A DNA stretch of 64,000 bases from a candidate division LCP-89 bacterium B3_LCP. GTDB taxonomy: Bacteria > Electryoneota > B3-LCP. A model generated the notes under the pieces. It did no database searches and was not told the DNA's origin. It was given only the letters and a program-made list of their open reading frames with translations. Positions 1 to 10,110 of this stretch are shown here, in pieces. The translations under genes were made by a program, and so were the position numbers. Numbering within the stretch: position 1 is the first letter of the stretch; the number at the start of each line of letters is the position of its first letter. The stretch spans positions 29,091-93,090 of the forward strand of contig NJBN01000005.1 in the NCBI GenBank assembly GCA_005223185.1, read 5' to 3'.

Positions 1-1092
1 CATGCGATATTCATTTACCCTGGTATTCGGATTGGTATCTCTGGCTTTCCAAAATTCTATCAGGAATTCGCGTTTGCCCTCTGAATTGAGCTTTTTGGCG
101 ATACGTATTTCAGATTCACTCATAAGATACTTTAGTTCGGCAACAGCTTCGTCTAACTCAGCATCGGTATATGATGCAAATTCTATTTCGTCCGCTGAAG
201 GTCCTTCGGATTGATCACCAATCTCTTCTGAGACAAAATCTTCAGGACGATATACGAAGAATTTTGCCTGGGCACTGGCACTGGCATCAACTTCACGGTC
301 ATCCACGACGAGTTTCAAGAAATAAGCACCACTCTTCAGCGATGCCACGGAAAAGCCGTCGACCTCAACTAAGCTATTACCCAATTTCTTTCTGTTCTTT
401 TGCGGAAGTGTGCGGACTTCATTATGTGCTTGATCCAAAATATAGCGCGTGACAGTATAGTTTTCGTCCGACTCCTTCAGATTATATATTTCCGCAAAAT
501 AATAAAGCATGGGAAGAGAGGTACCATAGATCTTCTCAGTGTTGGGAATTACTAAAAAACCATTCTTATAAAACTTAGATCCTTCTGCACCTTTTTGCAA
601 CTTTGTCGCCAATTCGATATCTGAAATCGAAAGACCGGAATCGGGATAGGCCTTCAAAGCCAGAGAAACACTCCGGGATTCGGTGACATTCTGATTAATA
701 TCTGTCACGAGCGCCTTAATGTTATACTTTTCGGGTGGAAGGTTGTACGCCACGATATCGGGGAGCTTCTGCCGGGGAGTAATGTCTTCCAACTGTAGTG
801 CGTAATCGCTCACTTCCCATGACGTCGTGGACAAGAGCGTATCAGTAGAATGAAGTTCCAAGGTTATCTGATATCCGGCTTCAAAACCGTCAGCGGTCTT
901 CACAAATTGCAGTTGATCCCGTTGAATCATAAAATAGACTTCCAGGTACACCAAACCGCTACTTTGACGGAACCGGGCGGCATCCATTGTGAAGATCTTT
1001 TGAGCTTGTGAAGCGTCGGTCAGGAAGAGGAGGCTCAGCAGCAACAGCGTTATTCGACTCCAGCGCGTGCAATTTATTTTTGGATTTCGCAT
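1..1092 (-). CDS. GWxTD-domain-containing exported protein (partial, runs off the left edge)
   Basis: Not in the ORF track because it has no stop in the window. Translated by hand from ATG at 1092: MRNPKINCTRWSRITLLLLSLLFLTDASQAQ (signal peptide) ... KREFLIEFWKARDTNPNTRVNEYRM, which matches the FW..RDP.P.T..NE segment that precedes the GWxTD motif. The motif itself lies beyond the edge. Confidence 0.7.
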   Translation of the reverse strand, partial: MRNPKINCTRWSRITLLLLSLLFLTDASQAQKIFTMDAARFRQSSGLVYLEVYFMIQRDQLQFVKTADGFEAGYQITLELHSTDTLLSTTSWEVSDYALQLEDITPRQKLPDIVAYNLPPEKYNIKALVTDINQNVTESRSVSLALKAYPDSGLSISDIELATKLQKGAEGSKFYKNGFLVIPNTEKIYGTSLPMLYYFAEIYNLKESDENYTVTRYILDQAHNEVRTLPQKNRKKLGNSLVEVDGFSVASLKSGAYFLKLVVDDREVDASASAQAKFFVYRPEDFVSEEIGDQSEGPSADEIEFASYTDAELDEAVAELKYLMSESEIRIAKKLNSEGKREFLIEFWKARDTNPNTRVNEYRM

Positions 1093-1106
1093 ATTATTTT
1101 TTTAGG

Positions 1107-4100
1107 TTAGTTGATCTGCACAGGTACAACTTTGGAAATACCATTTTCTTCCATGGTTACGCCCAACAAATTATCAGCTACCTCCATAGTCCGTTTATTG
1201 TGCGTTACAATCAAAAATTGGGTTTTGGGTGTAAGTTTATCCAGCAGGTGATTGAACCTCATGGTATTCTCTTCATCTAACGGTGCATCCACTTCATCCA
1301 GGATGCAGAAGGGACTGGGCTTTTCCAGATAGATTGCGAAGAGAAGCGATATCGCCGTAAGCGCTTTCTCACCGCCGGAAAGGAGTGAAAGTGCCCCTAT
1401 CTTCTTCTTACCGGGAGTAGCCAGCACCTCTATTCTCGATTCTAAGGAATTATCCTCAGTCAAGCGCAAGTCAGCATCTCCGCCTTCGAAAAGGTCGCAG
1501 AATATCTTCCTGAAGTTGTCTTTTACTCGTTGGAATCCTTCATCGAACCGCTCTCGGGCTTCACTGTTTAGCGTTGTTATGGTTTCCTCGAGGCTCTTTT
1601 CAGCTTCATTCAAGTCCTGTAATTGTTCGCTTAAGAAATCCAGCCTCTTCTTCTGTTCAAAATACTCACCTTCGGCGGCAAGATTCAGCGGCTCTGCTGC
1701 GATCATTTTTTTCTCCAAATCGAACAGCAGTTCCTCATCGGCATCTTCATCCTTGATCTCACCCAGGTCAACGCCATCAAGCTTCTGACGTTCTTCACCC
1801 AGGGTTGTCTCTATCTGGACTTTCTCCAACTGGATTTGGTGTACACTTTCAGATATCTCTTCCAACTTCGACCGCAATTCCCGTACCTTTTGACCGGCTT
1901 GGTGATGTTCTTCCTGCAAAGCGCGCCTCTGAGAATCCAAATCGTCAAGTTTCTCTTTATGATCCTTGACGAAAGCGCCCAGTTCGGTTACCTTTTCTTG
2001 TTTGTTGGACAGTTGATCAACAATTTTCTCTTTTAAGGCAGTATAATTATCTCTATTCTGGCTGAGTTCAGTCAACCTCTCATCAAGCCGCCCTTTGCGG
2101 TTCTGCAAGCTGCTTTGATGATCAGTGGCACGATCAATGCGGGCACGCGCTCTCTCAAAGTCAATTTCAACAGAAGCTAACTTTTTATGAACCTCCTCCC
2201 TACCTTCCAGCGTTTCTGCTTCAGTGGTCATAAAATTCTTAAGTTGTTCTTCTGCTTCAGCTAAACGATTGACGACATTGTCAATCTCTATCTCCTGTGC
2301 TTCTTCAGCGGATGACAGCTTTTCAATACGTGCAGGAATTCCTTCAATCTCACTACCAAGCTGTTCGATAATTGGACTGGAACTGACAATCTGAGCGTCC
2401 AGTTTCATCCTCTTCACAGTTAAGTTATCGAGATCGAGCCTGGCGGTGCTTAGAGATTTCTGCGAAGTTTGCACCTCCGTACGCAACTCTTCTACCTGAC
2501 GCCGGATTTCGGAAATGGAAGCCTCTAAATTAGTGCTGTTCTCCTCCAATGAGCGCAATTCTCTTGCCAATTCTGTCATACGGTTGGAAACGCCCACTGC
2601 TTTATGAGATTTTTCACCTGTGGTGCCGATAATCCAGAATCCTCGGGCGTCGGTGAACTCACCTGAAAGTGCGACGAGAGAAAGATTATTTTTTAGGGCA
2701 TTTTTTTTAACATTCTGGATCTCTTTGATAGTTTCGTAGAGAACCGTACTGCACAGTAAGTAACGTATCCATTGTGAAATCACTGAATCGCCCTGAATTA
2801 CTTCAGCTAAGGGGGTACCGTTGGTTTTGCTGGCGAAGTCAAAGATCCCAGACAGATCAAATGAAGGTGGACTCCCGGTGAGGATGGCGGCACGACCGTT
2901 CTTCTCGCCACTCAGGCAATCGAGTATCATTTTAAAGCTCTGTGATTCCTGCAGAACCCTGCAATAGAACATACCTCGCAGTGCGCTTTCGACAGGTACT
3001 ACGTATCGATCTTCCACCTGCAGTTCATCACCCAATGTAGCGCTGATTTCCCCCGGAAACTTCTCAGCCAATAAGCCGCCAGCGGGATAGACCGGTGATT
3101 CTCTTCGCTGCAATTCTCCTATATGCTCTATTTGTAGTTTGACCTGTTCCTTCTGGTTTTCGGTCTGCTCGTATTCAGACTCTGTTTTCCTGAGTTGCTC
3201 TTGCAGACTTTCGAGTTTCTCATGGTTCTTCTTAACATACTGAGAAGCTTCATCATGGACTTTTGTGCTTTCATCCAGATCAACCTGAGCCGAAGTCAAC
3301 TCTGTTTCTCTTTGTCCTACCTGCACCAGCAGCTCATCGCGACGGCGGTTGAGTTCATCATAGCGAAGGCGGAGGGTTCTGATATTCGCTTTGCGTTCTT
3401 CCGAAGATCTGATAGCGTCGGCTTCACTTTCACGGAGTGCTTGCAGATCCTGCTGATTTCTTAAAGACAAATTCCGTGCAGTTTTAAATTTTTCATCTTT
3501 ATCCTGGAATTCTTTGCGGCGCTTCTGCAGTGTATTATCAAGTTCGGGCAATTCACCTTTACTCTTGTTCAGTTCTTCATCAGCTTCTGAAATTTGGCTA
3601 TCGAGCTGCTTCAAGGTGGATTTTACCTTGTCAATATCTTCTGAGCAATCCTGCAAACGCCAGGAATTCAGTCTGCCTTCTTCTTCAAGCCGGGACTTTT
3701 CGTGAGAAGCTTCCTGATAGGTTTCCTGCGATTGGTTATACTGCCGGGAGATCGCCTGTCTATCGTTTTCAAGGTTCAGCAGATCGCCTTCCAACCGGAT
3801 AAGCGTGGCTTCACTGGATCCCAGTTCTGCGGTTTTATCCTCCGCTAATGTTCTATGTTCCTTCAAAGAATCATCTAAAGGCAACAGCCTGCTTTCATAT
3901 TGCTGGACGCGATTATAAACAATAGCAGACCTGATACGCTCTACTCTTTCCTGCAACCGTTTGTAGGACCTGGCTTTGGCAGCCTGCCTCTTCAGACTGT
4001 TTGCCTGCTTCTCAACTTCTGATAGAATATCCAGCACGCGTTCACGATCCTGGCGCGCATCTATGAGGCGGCGAAGAGCTTCCTTGCGGCGCACCTTGTA

Positions 4101-4607
4101 GCGGGTGATGCCGGTGGCTTCATCCAACAGATGACGGATTTCATTGGGGTCTTCGCTGATAATGTCTTCAACCATTTTCAGTTCGATGATGCTGTAGGAA
4201 TCAGGTCCGACGCCGGTATCCATGAACAGTCCCACCAGATCCTTGAGGCGACAGACTGTTTTGTTCAGTAGATATTCAGACTTGCCGGATCGAAACAACC
4301 GCCGCGTTAAAGTAACTTCATCGTAATCGACCGGCAGCATTCCGTCAGTATCCTGCAGGGTGAGACTGATTTCTGCCATCCCTAAAGGACGCTTCTTTTC
4401 GGAGCCGCCGAAAATGACGTTATCCATCCTTTCGGACCTGAGCGCCGATTCTCGTTGTTCACCCAGCACCCAGCGCACTGCATCGACAATATTAGTTTTC
4501 CCGCATCCGTTGGGACCGACAATGGCGGTTACACCGGGAGCGAAGTCAATGCGCGTCCGCCTGGCAAACGATTTAAATCCGAAGATATCTATAGACGATA
4601 AGTACAT
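1107..4607 (-). CDS. smc: Chromosome segregation protein SMC
   Basis: 1166 aa; Walker A GPNGCGKTN, long coiled coils with a hinge, LSGGE signature, Walker B ILDEVD. Confidence 0.97.
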   Translation of the reverse strand: MYLSSIDIFGFKSFARRTRIDFAPGVTAIVGPNGCGKTNIVDAVRWVLGEQRESALRSERMDNVIFGGSEKKRPLGMAEISLTLQDTDGMLPVDYDEVTLTRRLFRSGKSEYLLNKTVCRLKDLVGLFMDTGVGPDSYSIIELKMVEDIISEDPNEIRHLLDEATGITRYKVRRKEALRRLIDARQDRERVLDILSEVEKQANSLKRQAAKARSYKRLQERVERIRSAIVYNRVQQYESRLLPLDDSLKEHRTLAEDKTAELGSSEATLIRLEGDLLNLENDRQAISRQYNQSQETYQEASHEKSRLEEEGRLNSWRLQDCSEDIDKVKSTLKQLDSQISEADEELNKSKGELPELDNTLQKRRKEFQDKDEKFKTARNLSLRNQQDLQALRESEADAIRSSEERKANIRTLRLRYDELNRRRDELLVQVGQRETELTSAQVDLDESTKVHDEASQYVKKNHEKLESLQEQLRKTESEYEQTENQKEQVKLQIEHIGELQRRESPVYPAGGLLAEKFPGEISATLGDELQVEDRYVVPVESALRGMFYCRVLQESQSFKMILDCLSGEKNGRAAILTGSPPSFDLSGIFDFASKTNGTPLAEVIQGDSVISQWIRYLLCSTVLYETIKEIQNVKKNALKNNLSLVALSGEFTDARGFWIIGTTGEKSHKAVGVSNRMTELARELRSLEENSTNLEASISEIRRQVEELRTEVQTSQKSLSTARLDLDNLTVKRMKLDAQIVSSSPIIEQLGSEIEGIPARIEKLSSAEEAQEIEIDNVVNRLAEAEEQLKNFMTTEAETLEGREEVHKKLASVEIDFERARARIDRATDHQSSLQNRKGRLDERLTELSQNRDNYTALKEKIVDQLSNKQEKVTELGAFVKDHKEKLDDLDSQRRALQEEHHQAGQKVRELRSKLEEISESVHQIQLEKVQIETTLGEERQKLDGVDLGEIKDEDADEELLFDLEKKMIAAEPLNLAAEGEYFEQKKRLDFLSEQLQDLNEAEKSLEETITTLNSEARERFDEGFQRVKDNFRKIFCDLFEGGDADLRLTEDNSLESRIEVLATPGKKKIGALSLLSGGEKALTAISLLFAIYLEKPSPFCILDEVDAPLDEENTMRFNHLLDKLTPKTQFLIVTHNKRTMEVADNLLGVTMEENGISKVVPVQIN

Positions 4608-4667
4608 CGTATCTATGTCCTGTAAAGTAATAAATAGCGGTTGTCATCTGTCGAAATCAAAGTACGG

Positions 4668-4871
4668 TTATCCTTTATAACTATCCGGTTTATTCTTATC
4701 ATCATCATTCATAATGTCGATATCCATTTCGCGTTTGAATTCCCTGGTAGCTTTCTGCATATCGCCTATGATCTTACCGATATTGCGCGCTATCCCGGGG
4801 ATTTTCTTTCCACCAAAGAGAATCAGGACAGCGAATAAAATAATGATCAGTTCAGAACCTGAGGGTATCAT
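4668..4871 (-). CDS. tatA: Twin-arginine translocase TatA/E subunit
   Basis: 67 aa; N-terminal TM helix ending LFGGKKIP, then an amphipathic helix; overlaps the tatC stop. Confidence 0.9.
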   Translation of the reverse strand: MIPSGSELIIILFAVLILFGGKKIPGIARNIGKIIGDMQKATREFKREMDIDIMNDDDKNKPDSYKG

Positions 4872-5647
4872 GATGAGGCACTTTTTTTATCACCGGGTGC
4901 ATGGTGTTTACGATGAGTAAATGAAGCAATGATTATACTCAGTTCATAGAGAACGGTCAAGGGAACAGCTAAGACAACCATGGTGAATATATCAGGCGGC
5001 GATATAACCGCAGCAAGAACTAAGAAAATAATAATTGCATAGCGTCTTTTCTTTCTCAGGAATTGCGGAGTTACAATACCAAGTCGGACTAAAAAATAAA
5101 TAACCAGAGGCAATTCGAATACCAGACCGAACGCCAGCAGAATTCTAATGATAAAATCAACGTAACTGCCGAATGACCAGGCGTTTTGAATCTCCGTACC
5201 CGCAAAGGAAAGAAAGAAACGAGTTGCATAGGGCAGTACAAAAAAAGAAAAGGCAGCTCCCACCAAGAAACTCACGGTCGAGGTTATCACAACCGGAATT
5301 ACGAAGTGTTTTTCCTTGGCGTAAAGACCCGGCGCCACGAATCTCCAGAACTGGTAAAAAACACCTGGCGAAGCAATTATCAGCCCACCGATAAATCCCA
5401 ATTTCAAGCGAACGATGAATCCTTCTGTAGGCGCAAGGAAGGCTAATGGGGCAACTTCTTCTTCAAAGAACCGCTCGATTAAGAATTCCTGCATACCAGG
5501 CACGAAGGCGTAAACGGCACAAAAACCGGCGATAACAAAGAGAATAGTTTTGATAAGTCTGCTGCGCAGTTCTTCCAAATGATCCCAGAAACTCATGGGA
5601 TTGGAACCACCCTCTTTCTTATCCTGATCTGTCGTTTTCTCTGCCAT
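4868..5647 (-). CDS. tatC: Twin-arginine translocase TatC
   Basis: MSFWDHLEELRSRL, FVAPGLY..EK, PPD motif; six TM segments. Confidence 0.96.
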   Translation of the reverse strand: MAEKTTDQDKKEGGSNPMSFWDHLEELRSRLIKTILFVIAGFCAVYAFVPGMQEFLIERFFEEEVAPLAFLAPTEGFIVRLKLGFIGGLIIASPGVFYQFWRFVAPGLYAKEKHFVIPVVITSTVSFLVGAAFSFFVLPYATRFFLSFAGTEIQNAWSFGSYVDFIIRILLAFGLVFELPLVIYFLVRLGIVTPQFLRKKRRYAIIIFLVLAAVISPPDIFTMVVLAVPLTVLYELSIIIASFTHRKHHAPGDKKSASS

Positions 5648-5650
5648 CTT

Positions 5651-6346
5651 TTATAAAGAAGCCGTAGCTACAGCCTGGAACAGAGCCTGACCGTCGGCGT
5701 ACCCCAGTTTTGCGTTTAATCGCCTTTCCGGATGGGGCATCATGCCCATCACGTTGCCTTTATCATTGCATATACCCGCAATTTGATTAACCGATCCGTT
5801 GGGATTCCATGCGGGGCTCAGTTCGCCTTTTGGATTACTGTAGCGGAATAGTATCCTATTATTTTCCTCCAGGCTATCGATAACGTCAGGTGGAGCATAG
5901 TACTTACCCTGTCCGTGAGCGATGGGAAGTTCTATTACCTGGTCTTTATGATAGGCGGAGGTGAAATCAGCTTGTACCTGTTCCACGCGGAGCGAAACCG
6001 GACGATGGATAAAACGCAGTGAATCGTTACGAAGAAGGGCGCCGGGGAGCAGTCCAATTTCCGTTAATACCTGAAAACCGTTGCATATTCCTATAACTGG
6101 TTTACCGGATTGGGCATGTTTGACGACGGCATCCATTATAGGACTAAATCGTGCGATAGCGCCTGCCCGCAGGTAATCACCGTAGGCAAAACCACCCGGC
6201 AAGATAACGCAATCTATGTCATCCAGGTCACGCTGCCGGTGCCAGAGAAATTGAACCTGGTAGGCTAAATCATTTTTTAGTCCGTAATAGCAGTCATAAT
6301 CGCAGTTTGAACCGGGGAAAACAACAATACCAAAGCGCACTTTCAA
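5651..6346 (-). CDS. purQ: Phosphoribosylformylglycinamidine synthase subunit PurQ
   Basis: VVFPGSNCD, LPGGFAYGDYLRAG, GICNGFQ, MMPHPER. Confidence 0.97.
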   Translation of the reverse strand: MKVRFGIVVFPGSNCDYDCYYGLKNDLAYQVQFLWHRQRDLDDIDCVILPGGFAYGDYLRAGAIARFSPIMDAVVKHAQSGKPVIGICNGFQVLTEIGLLPGALLRNDSLRFIHRPVSLRVEQVQADFTSAYHKDQVIELPIAHGQGKYYAPPDVIDSLEENNRILFRYSNPKGELSPAWNPNGSVNQIAGICNDKGNVMGMMPHPERRLNAKLGYADGQALFQAVATASL

Positions 6347-6588
6347 TCTTCCATTATTTCTATCTTATAGCTTTCCACGTTGATATTAGCAAGCAAGCGC
6401 TTGCACATCTCCTCTAAGCGCTGGCGCGGGTCCTGATCGTCAACAGAATCGATCTTAAGGATGATATATCTTCCCACGCGAACGTCAGTTACTTCGTTAT
6501 ATCCCAGGTCGCGAAGGGCGTTACCTACCGCTTTGCCCTGAGGATCTAAGATATCCTGCTTGGGCGTGATGTACACATTAGCTGTCAT
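6343..6588 (-). CDS. purS: Phosphoribosylformylglycinamidine synthase subunit PurS
   Basis: ILDPQGKAV...VRVGRYI...LLAN; adjacent to purQ. Confidence 0.95.
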   Translation of the reverse strand: MTANVYITPKQDILDPQGKAVGNALRDLGYNEVTDVRVGRYIILKIDSVDDQDPRQRLEEMCKRLLANINVESYKIEIMED

Positions 6589-6626
6589 CGATGACAGAAC
6601 CTCATATTTATAGGGAGATATTAAAT

Positions 6627-7370
6627 TCAGATAAACTTTTCATCTTCCAACACTTCCTCGATTTCATCTGCGGGCATACCCAGCCGTAACACAGTGATAA
6701 TCAATCCTTTCAGCAGATACATCATAATCAGAGGAAAGAACATCAGGGAGGGATTAATCAGCAGCAGGGCAAATCCTGTAACTATCAGAGCCAGGTTCAC
6801 CTTGTTCTTTTTCGTATCTCGCAGTGAAAATCGAGGCATAGCATCGTAGGGAAGATGGCTGACCATCAAAATGGATAATGCCATTGTCATGGGAATGAGT
6901 AGGATTTCCAGGTGGAGATCGCCCCAAATCGAGTAATTGAACACTATAAAAGTTGCTGTAGTGACAGCTTGCATAGGGATAGGAAGCCCCAAGTACCCCC
7001 TCTTTTCGCCAGTGGTGGCGCTCACGTTGAAGCGCGCTAACCTGATAACACCGAAGAGAAGGGGTAATGCAGCCAGTAGAACGCCAGCAAAGCCGAATTT
7101 CTGAAATGAGATAGTATAAAGGAGCACCGAAGGCGCCACTCCAAAAGACACAATATCGACGAGGCTGTCCAGTTCGATGCCCATTTCAGAAGAACTCCGG
7201 GTAAAGCGGGCGATCTTGCCATCCAAACCATCGCAAATGGCGGCAATCACAATTAGCCAACATGCCATGAAAATACTGCCTTCAATCGCCTGCACAATAG
7301 CCCAGAAGCCCAAGAACAGACTTAAGCCTGTCAGCAGTTGTGCTGCCCACGCCAATTCATTCCTTTTCAT
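6627..7370 (-). CDS. pssA: CDP-diacylglycerol--serine O-phosphatidyltransferase
   Basis: CDP-alcohol phosphotransferase motif DGLDGKIAR...G.ELDSLVD, RLARFN; adjacent to psd. Confidence 0.9.
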   Translation of the reverse strand: MKRNELAWAAQLLTGLSLFLGFWAIVQAIEGSIFMACWLIVIAAICDGLDGKIARFTRSSSEMGIELDSLVDIVSFGVAPSVLLYTISFQKFGFAGVLLAALPLLFGVIRLARFNVSATTGEKRGYLGLPIPMQAVTTATFIVFNYSIWGDLHLEILLIPMTMALSILMVSHLPYDAMPRFSLRDTKKNKVNLALIVTGFALLLINPSLMFFPLIMMYLLKGLIITVLRLGMPADEIEEVLEDEKFI

Positions 7371-8013
7371 GCAAGACTCCTATTACAGTTTCGCCAGCAG
7401 TAACTCTTTGACCGTGTCCGATCTTTAGATCGAATCCTCCGGGAATGTAAAGATCCAGCCGGGAACCGAAGCGGATCATCCCGAAGCGTTCACCGGTTGA
7501 CACCTTTTGACCTTTAGAAAGGTGGCAGACAATCCGCCTGGCGAACCAACCGGCGATCTGGACGCAGCCAATCTTCCTTCCCCCTGTATCTATCTCTATG
7601 TACTGTTGTTCATTCAGATCACTTGCCTTATCGTGGAAAGCAGTCAGAAATTTCCCTCGATTATAGCGAAGATCTGATATTGCACCCCCAATGGGGATAT
7701 AATTTACGTGCACATTGAAGGGCGACATGAAGATGGAAATTTTTAGATGATCCTCATTAAAGTAGTCACCCGACTCATGCTGTGAAATCTCAATGATCTT
7801 ACCGTCCGCGGGAGCTACGAGCGCACCCGGCAGATCAGGGGCTACGCGGATTGGATCCCTAAAAAACCAAGCAGCAAACAAAAGGAGAATAAAGCTCAAA
7901 GGAACGATCCACACAGCAGTTTTGCCGCCCCACAACAAAGCCAGCACTGCACATATTACAGCAAAACCGGCTGCTGCAATGAGTATAGGAATCCCTTCAG
8001 GCGCCAGCCGCAT
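7357..8013 (-). CDS. psd: Phosphatidylserine decarboxylase proenzyme
   Basis: WFFRDP, APADG, IFMSPFNVHVN, self-cleavage site FGSRLDL. ATG at 8013 overlaps the purC stop. Confidence 0.93.
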   Translation of the reverse strand: MRLAPEGIPILIAAAGFAVICAVLALLWGGKTAVWIVPLSFILLLFAAWFFRDPIRVAPDLPGALVAPADGKIIEISQHESGDYFNEDHLKISIFMSPFNVHVNYIPIGGAISDLRYNRGKFLTAFHDKASDLNEQQYIEIDTGGRKIGCVQIAGWFARRIVCHLSKGQKVSTGERFGMIRFGSRLDLYIPGGFDLKIGHGQRVTAGETVIGVLHEKE

Positions 8014-8735
8014 CAATCACCCATTAGACGATCACGCAGTTCTCGATAGGCTTTATCCACACCACCCATGTCATGGCGGAAACGATCTTTATCCAGCTTT
8101 TTATGGGTCTTCTTATCCCAGATTCTGCAGGTATCCGGACTAATTTCGTCAGCTAAGTATATGTCCTTAATGCGTTTGCCGAATTCCAGCTTGAAATCCA
8201 CTAAGACGAGATTACGGCGGTCAAAGAATGATTTCAAGATAGCATTAACCTTAGAAGCTATGCGATTGATCGCTTTCATCTCATCGGGCGTCGCGTGACC
8301 AAAGGCGTAAGCATGATATTCATTGATCATGGGATCGTGAAGCTCATCGTCTTTCAGATAATATTCTAAGATGGGGTATTCCATCACCTTTCCTTCAGGG
8401 ATATTGTACCTGGCGCAAAGGCTTCCCGCGGCAACGTTGCGAAGCACGATCTCTATCGGTATGATTTCAAGCTTCCTGATTAACATTTCATTAGCAGACA
8501 GTTTCTCAAAATAGTGAGTGGGGATATGATAATTTTCAAGGTATTCAAATAGATACGCGGAGATGGCATTATTGATCTCACCTTTTTTGCTGATAGTGCC
8601 TTTCTTAGCGCCATCGAATGCCGTGGCATCGTCTTTGAATTCCTGGATGAGTTTATCTTCTTCACTGGTCAGATAAACTTTCTTCGCTTTTCCTTCGTAA
8701 AGTAATTCTTTTTTCTGCAATGTTTTACTCCTCAT
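8013..8735 (-). CDS. purC: SAICAR synthase
   Basis: LYEGKAKKVY, FKDDATAFDG, LVDFKLEFG, LADEISPDTCRIWD, DKDRFR. Confidence 0.97.
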   Translation of the reverse strand: MRSKTLQKKELLYEGKAKKVYLTSEEDKLIQEFKDDATAFDGAKKGTISKKGEINNAISAYLFEYLENYHIPTHYFEKLSANEMLIRKLEIIPIEIVLRNVAAGSLCARYNIPEGKVMEYPILEYYLKDDELHDPMINEYHAYAFGHATPDEMKAINRIASKVNAILKSFFDRRNLVLVDFKLEFGKRIKDIYLADEISPDTCRIWDKKTHKKLDKDRFRHDMGGVDKAYRELRDRLMGD

Positions 8736-8762
8736 GTCACCATTATTCGGCTAATTACTTTG

Positions 8763-10058
8763 TTATGAAAGCCCCAAACGGGCGAAAATTTCATTGATAC
8801 GCTTTAAAGATTTTTCAAGGTCGAAACAGGCGGAAATTTCCTCATCAGACAGGTGTGCGCTAACTTCCTCATCAGCTACCAGGAGATCTCTGAACTCAGA
8901 ATCGCTTTCCTGGGATTTCAGGGCGTTTTTCTGAATTATCTGGTAGGCTTCATCACGCGAAACGCCTTTATCAGTCAGCGCCAACAACACCGACTGTGAA
9001 TGAATCGATCCCAGAGTTGAGCCCAAATTAGCCGCCATCACTTCCGGTCTAATGTCCAAATTCTGAAGCACTTGATCAGCAGTCTTAAGCATGTAATGCA
9101 GCGTGTGGGCGCTATCTGGAAGCATAACCCTCTCAGCGGAAGAATGAGAGATATCGCGTTCATGCCAGAGGCTGACGTTCTCCAGGGCGCAGACTGCATG
9201 TCCCCGCAGTAACCTCGCCATCCCGCATATCCGTTCACAAAGTATGGGATTACGCTTGTGCGGCATAGCGGATGAACCTTTCTGCTTTTGGGCGAATCCT
9301 TCCAGGACTTCACCTACTTCCGTCCTGTGCAGATGCCTGATCTCAGTAGCCAAAGATTCGAGAGTAGCGCCGATACCTGCCAAAACAGACACCCAATGAG
9401 CGTGACGATCGCGGGAAACTATTTGAGATGCCGCAGGTTCCGGTTTCAGACCTAACATTCTGCAAACGTCTTCCTCTATCCTGGGTTCGATGTGAACAAA
9501 AGTGCCGACAACGCCCGATATTTTTCCATATAGAACCTGATCATAGGCACTCTTCAGGCGGTTTTCCTGCCTTAGAATTTCACTGTAAACCCGAGCCATT
9601 TTCAGTCCGAAGGTAATCGGTTCAGCATGAACACCGTGCGTGCGACCGATCATAGCCGTAAGTTTATACTGAAGGGCTAATGCAGCCAAGGTTTCCCGCA
9701 GATTGTGGAGGTCTTCCAATAGAAGCGCTCCGGCTTTCTTAAGCTGTAAAGCAAGGGCAGTGTCCAACACGTCCGAAGAGGTCATTCCTCTGTGAATATG
9801 CTGGGCTTCTGGACCAACTGCTTCGGCAACGGACGTTAGAAAAGCGATCATATCGTGGTGTACTTCAGCTTCGATCTCTTCGATGCGGGCAATATCGAAG
9901 CTGGCTTTCTGGATTATCACATCCACTGTTTCACGAGGAATCAGACCGAATTTAGCCATAGATTTGCAGACTGCCAATTCGACCTCAAGCCAGGCTTCAT
10001 ACTTAGCCTGATCCGTCCAGATTGCGGACATATCTGGTAAACTATACCTTGCAATCAC
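8763..10058 (-). CDS. purB: Adenylosuccinate lyase
   Basis: GRTHGVHAEP and KGSSAMPHKRNP signatures. Start reassigned to GTG at 10058 (MIARYSLP, preceded by a GGAAGGA SD); the ORF-track start lies inside htrA. Confidence 0.95.
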   Translation of the reverse strand: MIARYSLPDMSAIWTDQAKYEAWLEVELAVCKSMAKFGLIPRETVDVIIQKASFDIARIEEIEAEVHHDMIAFLTSVAEAVGPEAQHIHRGMTSSDVLDTALALQLKKAGALLLEDLHNLRETLAALALQYKLTAMIGRTHGVHAEPITFGLKMARVYSEILRQENRLKSAYDQVLYGKISGVVGTFVHIEPRIEEDVCRMLGLKPEPAASQIVSRDRHAHWVSVLAGIGATLESLATEIRHLHRTEVGEVLEGFAQKQKGSSAMPHKRNPILCERICGMARLLRGHAVCALENVSLWHERDISHSSAERVMLPDSAHTLHYMLKTADQVLQNLDIRPEVMAANLGSTLGSIHSQSVLLALTDKGVSRDEAYQIIQKNALKSQESDSEFRDLLVADEEVSAHLSDEEISACFDLEKSLKRINEIFARLGLS

Positions 10059-10110
10059 GTTAATCCTTCCCGCCAAAAGGCGATTTAAGCGTGAATTTTC
10101 AAGTAATATA

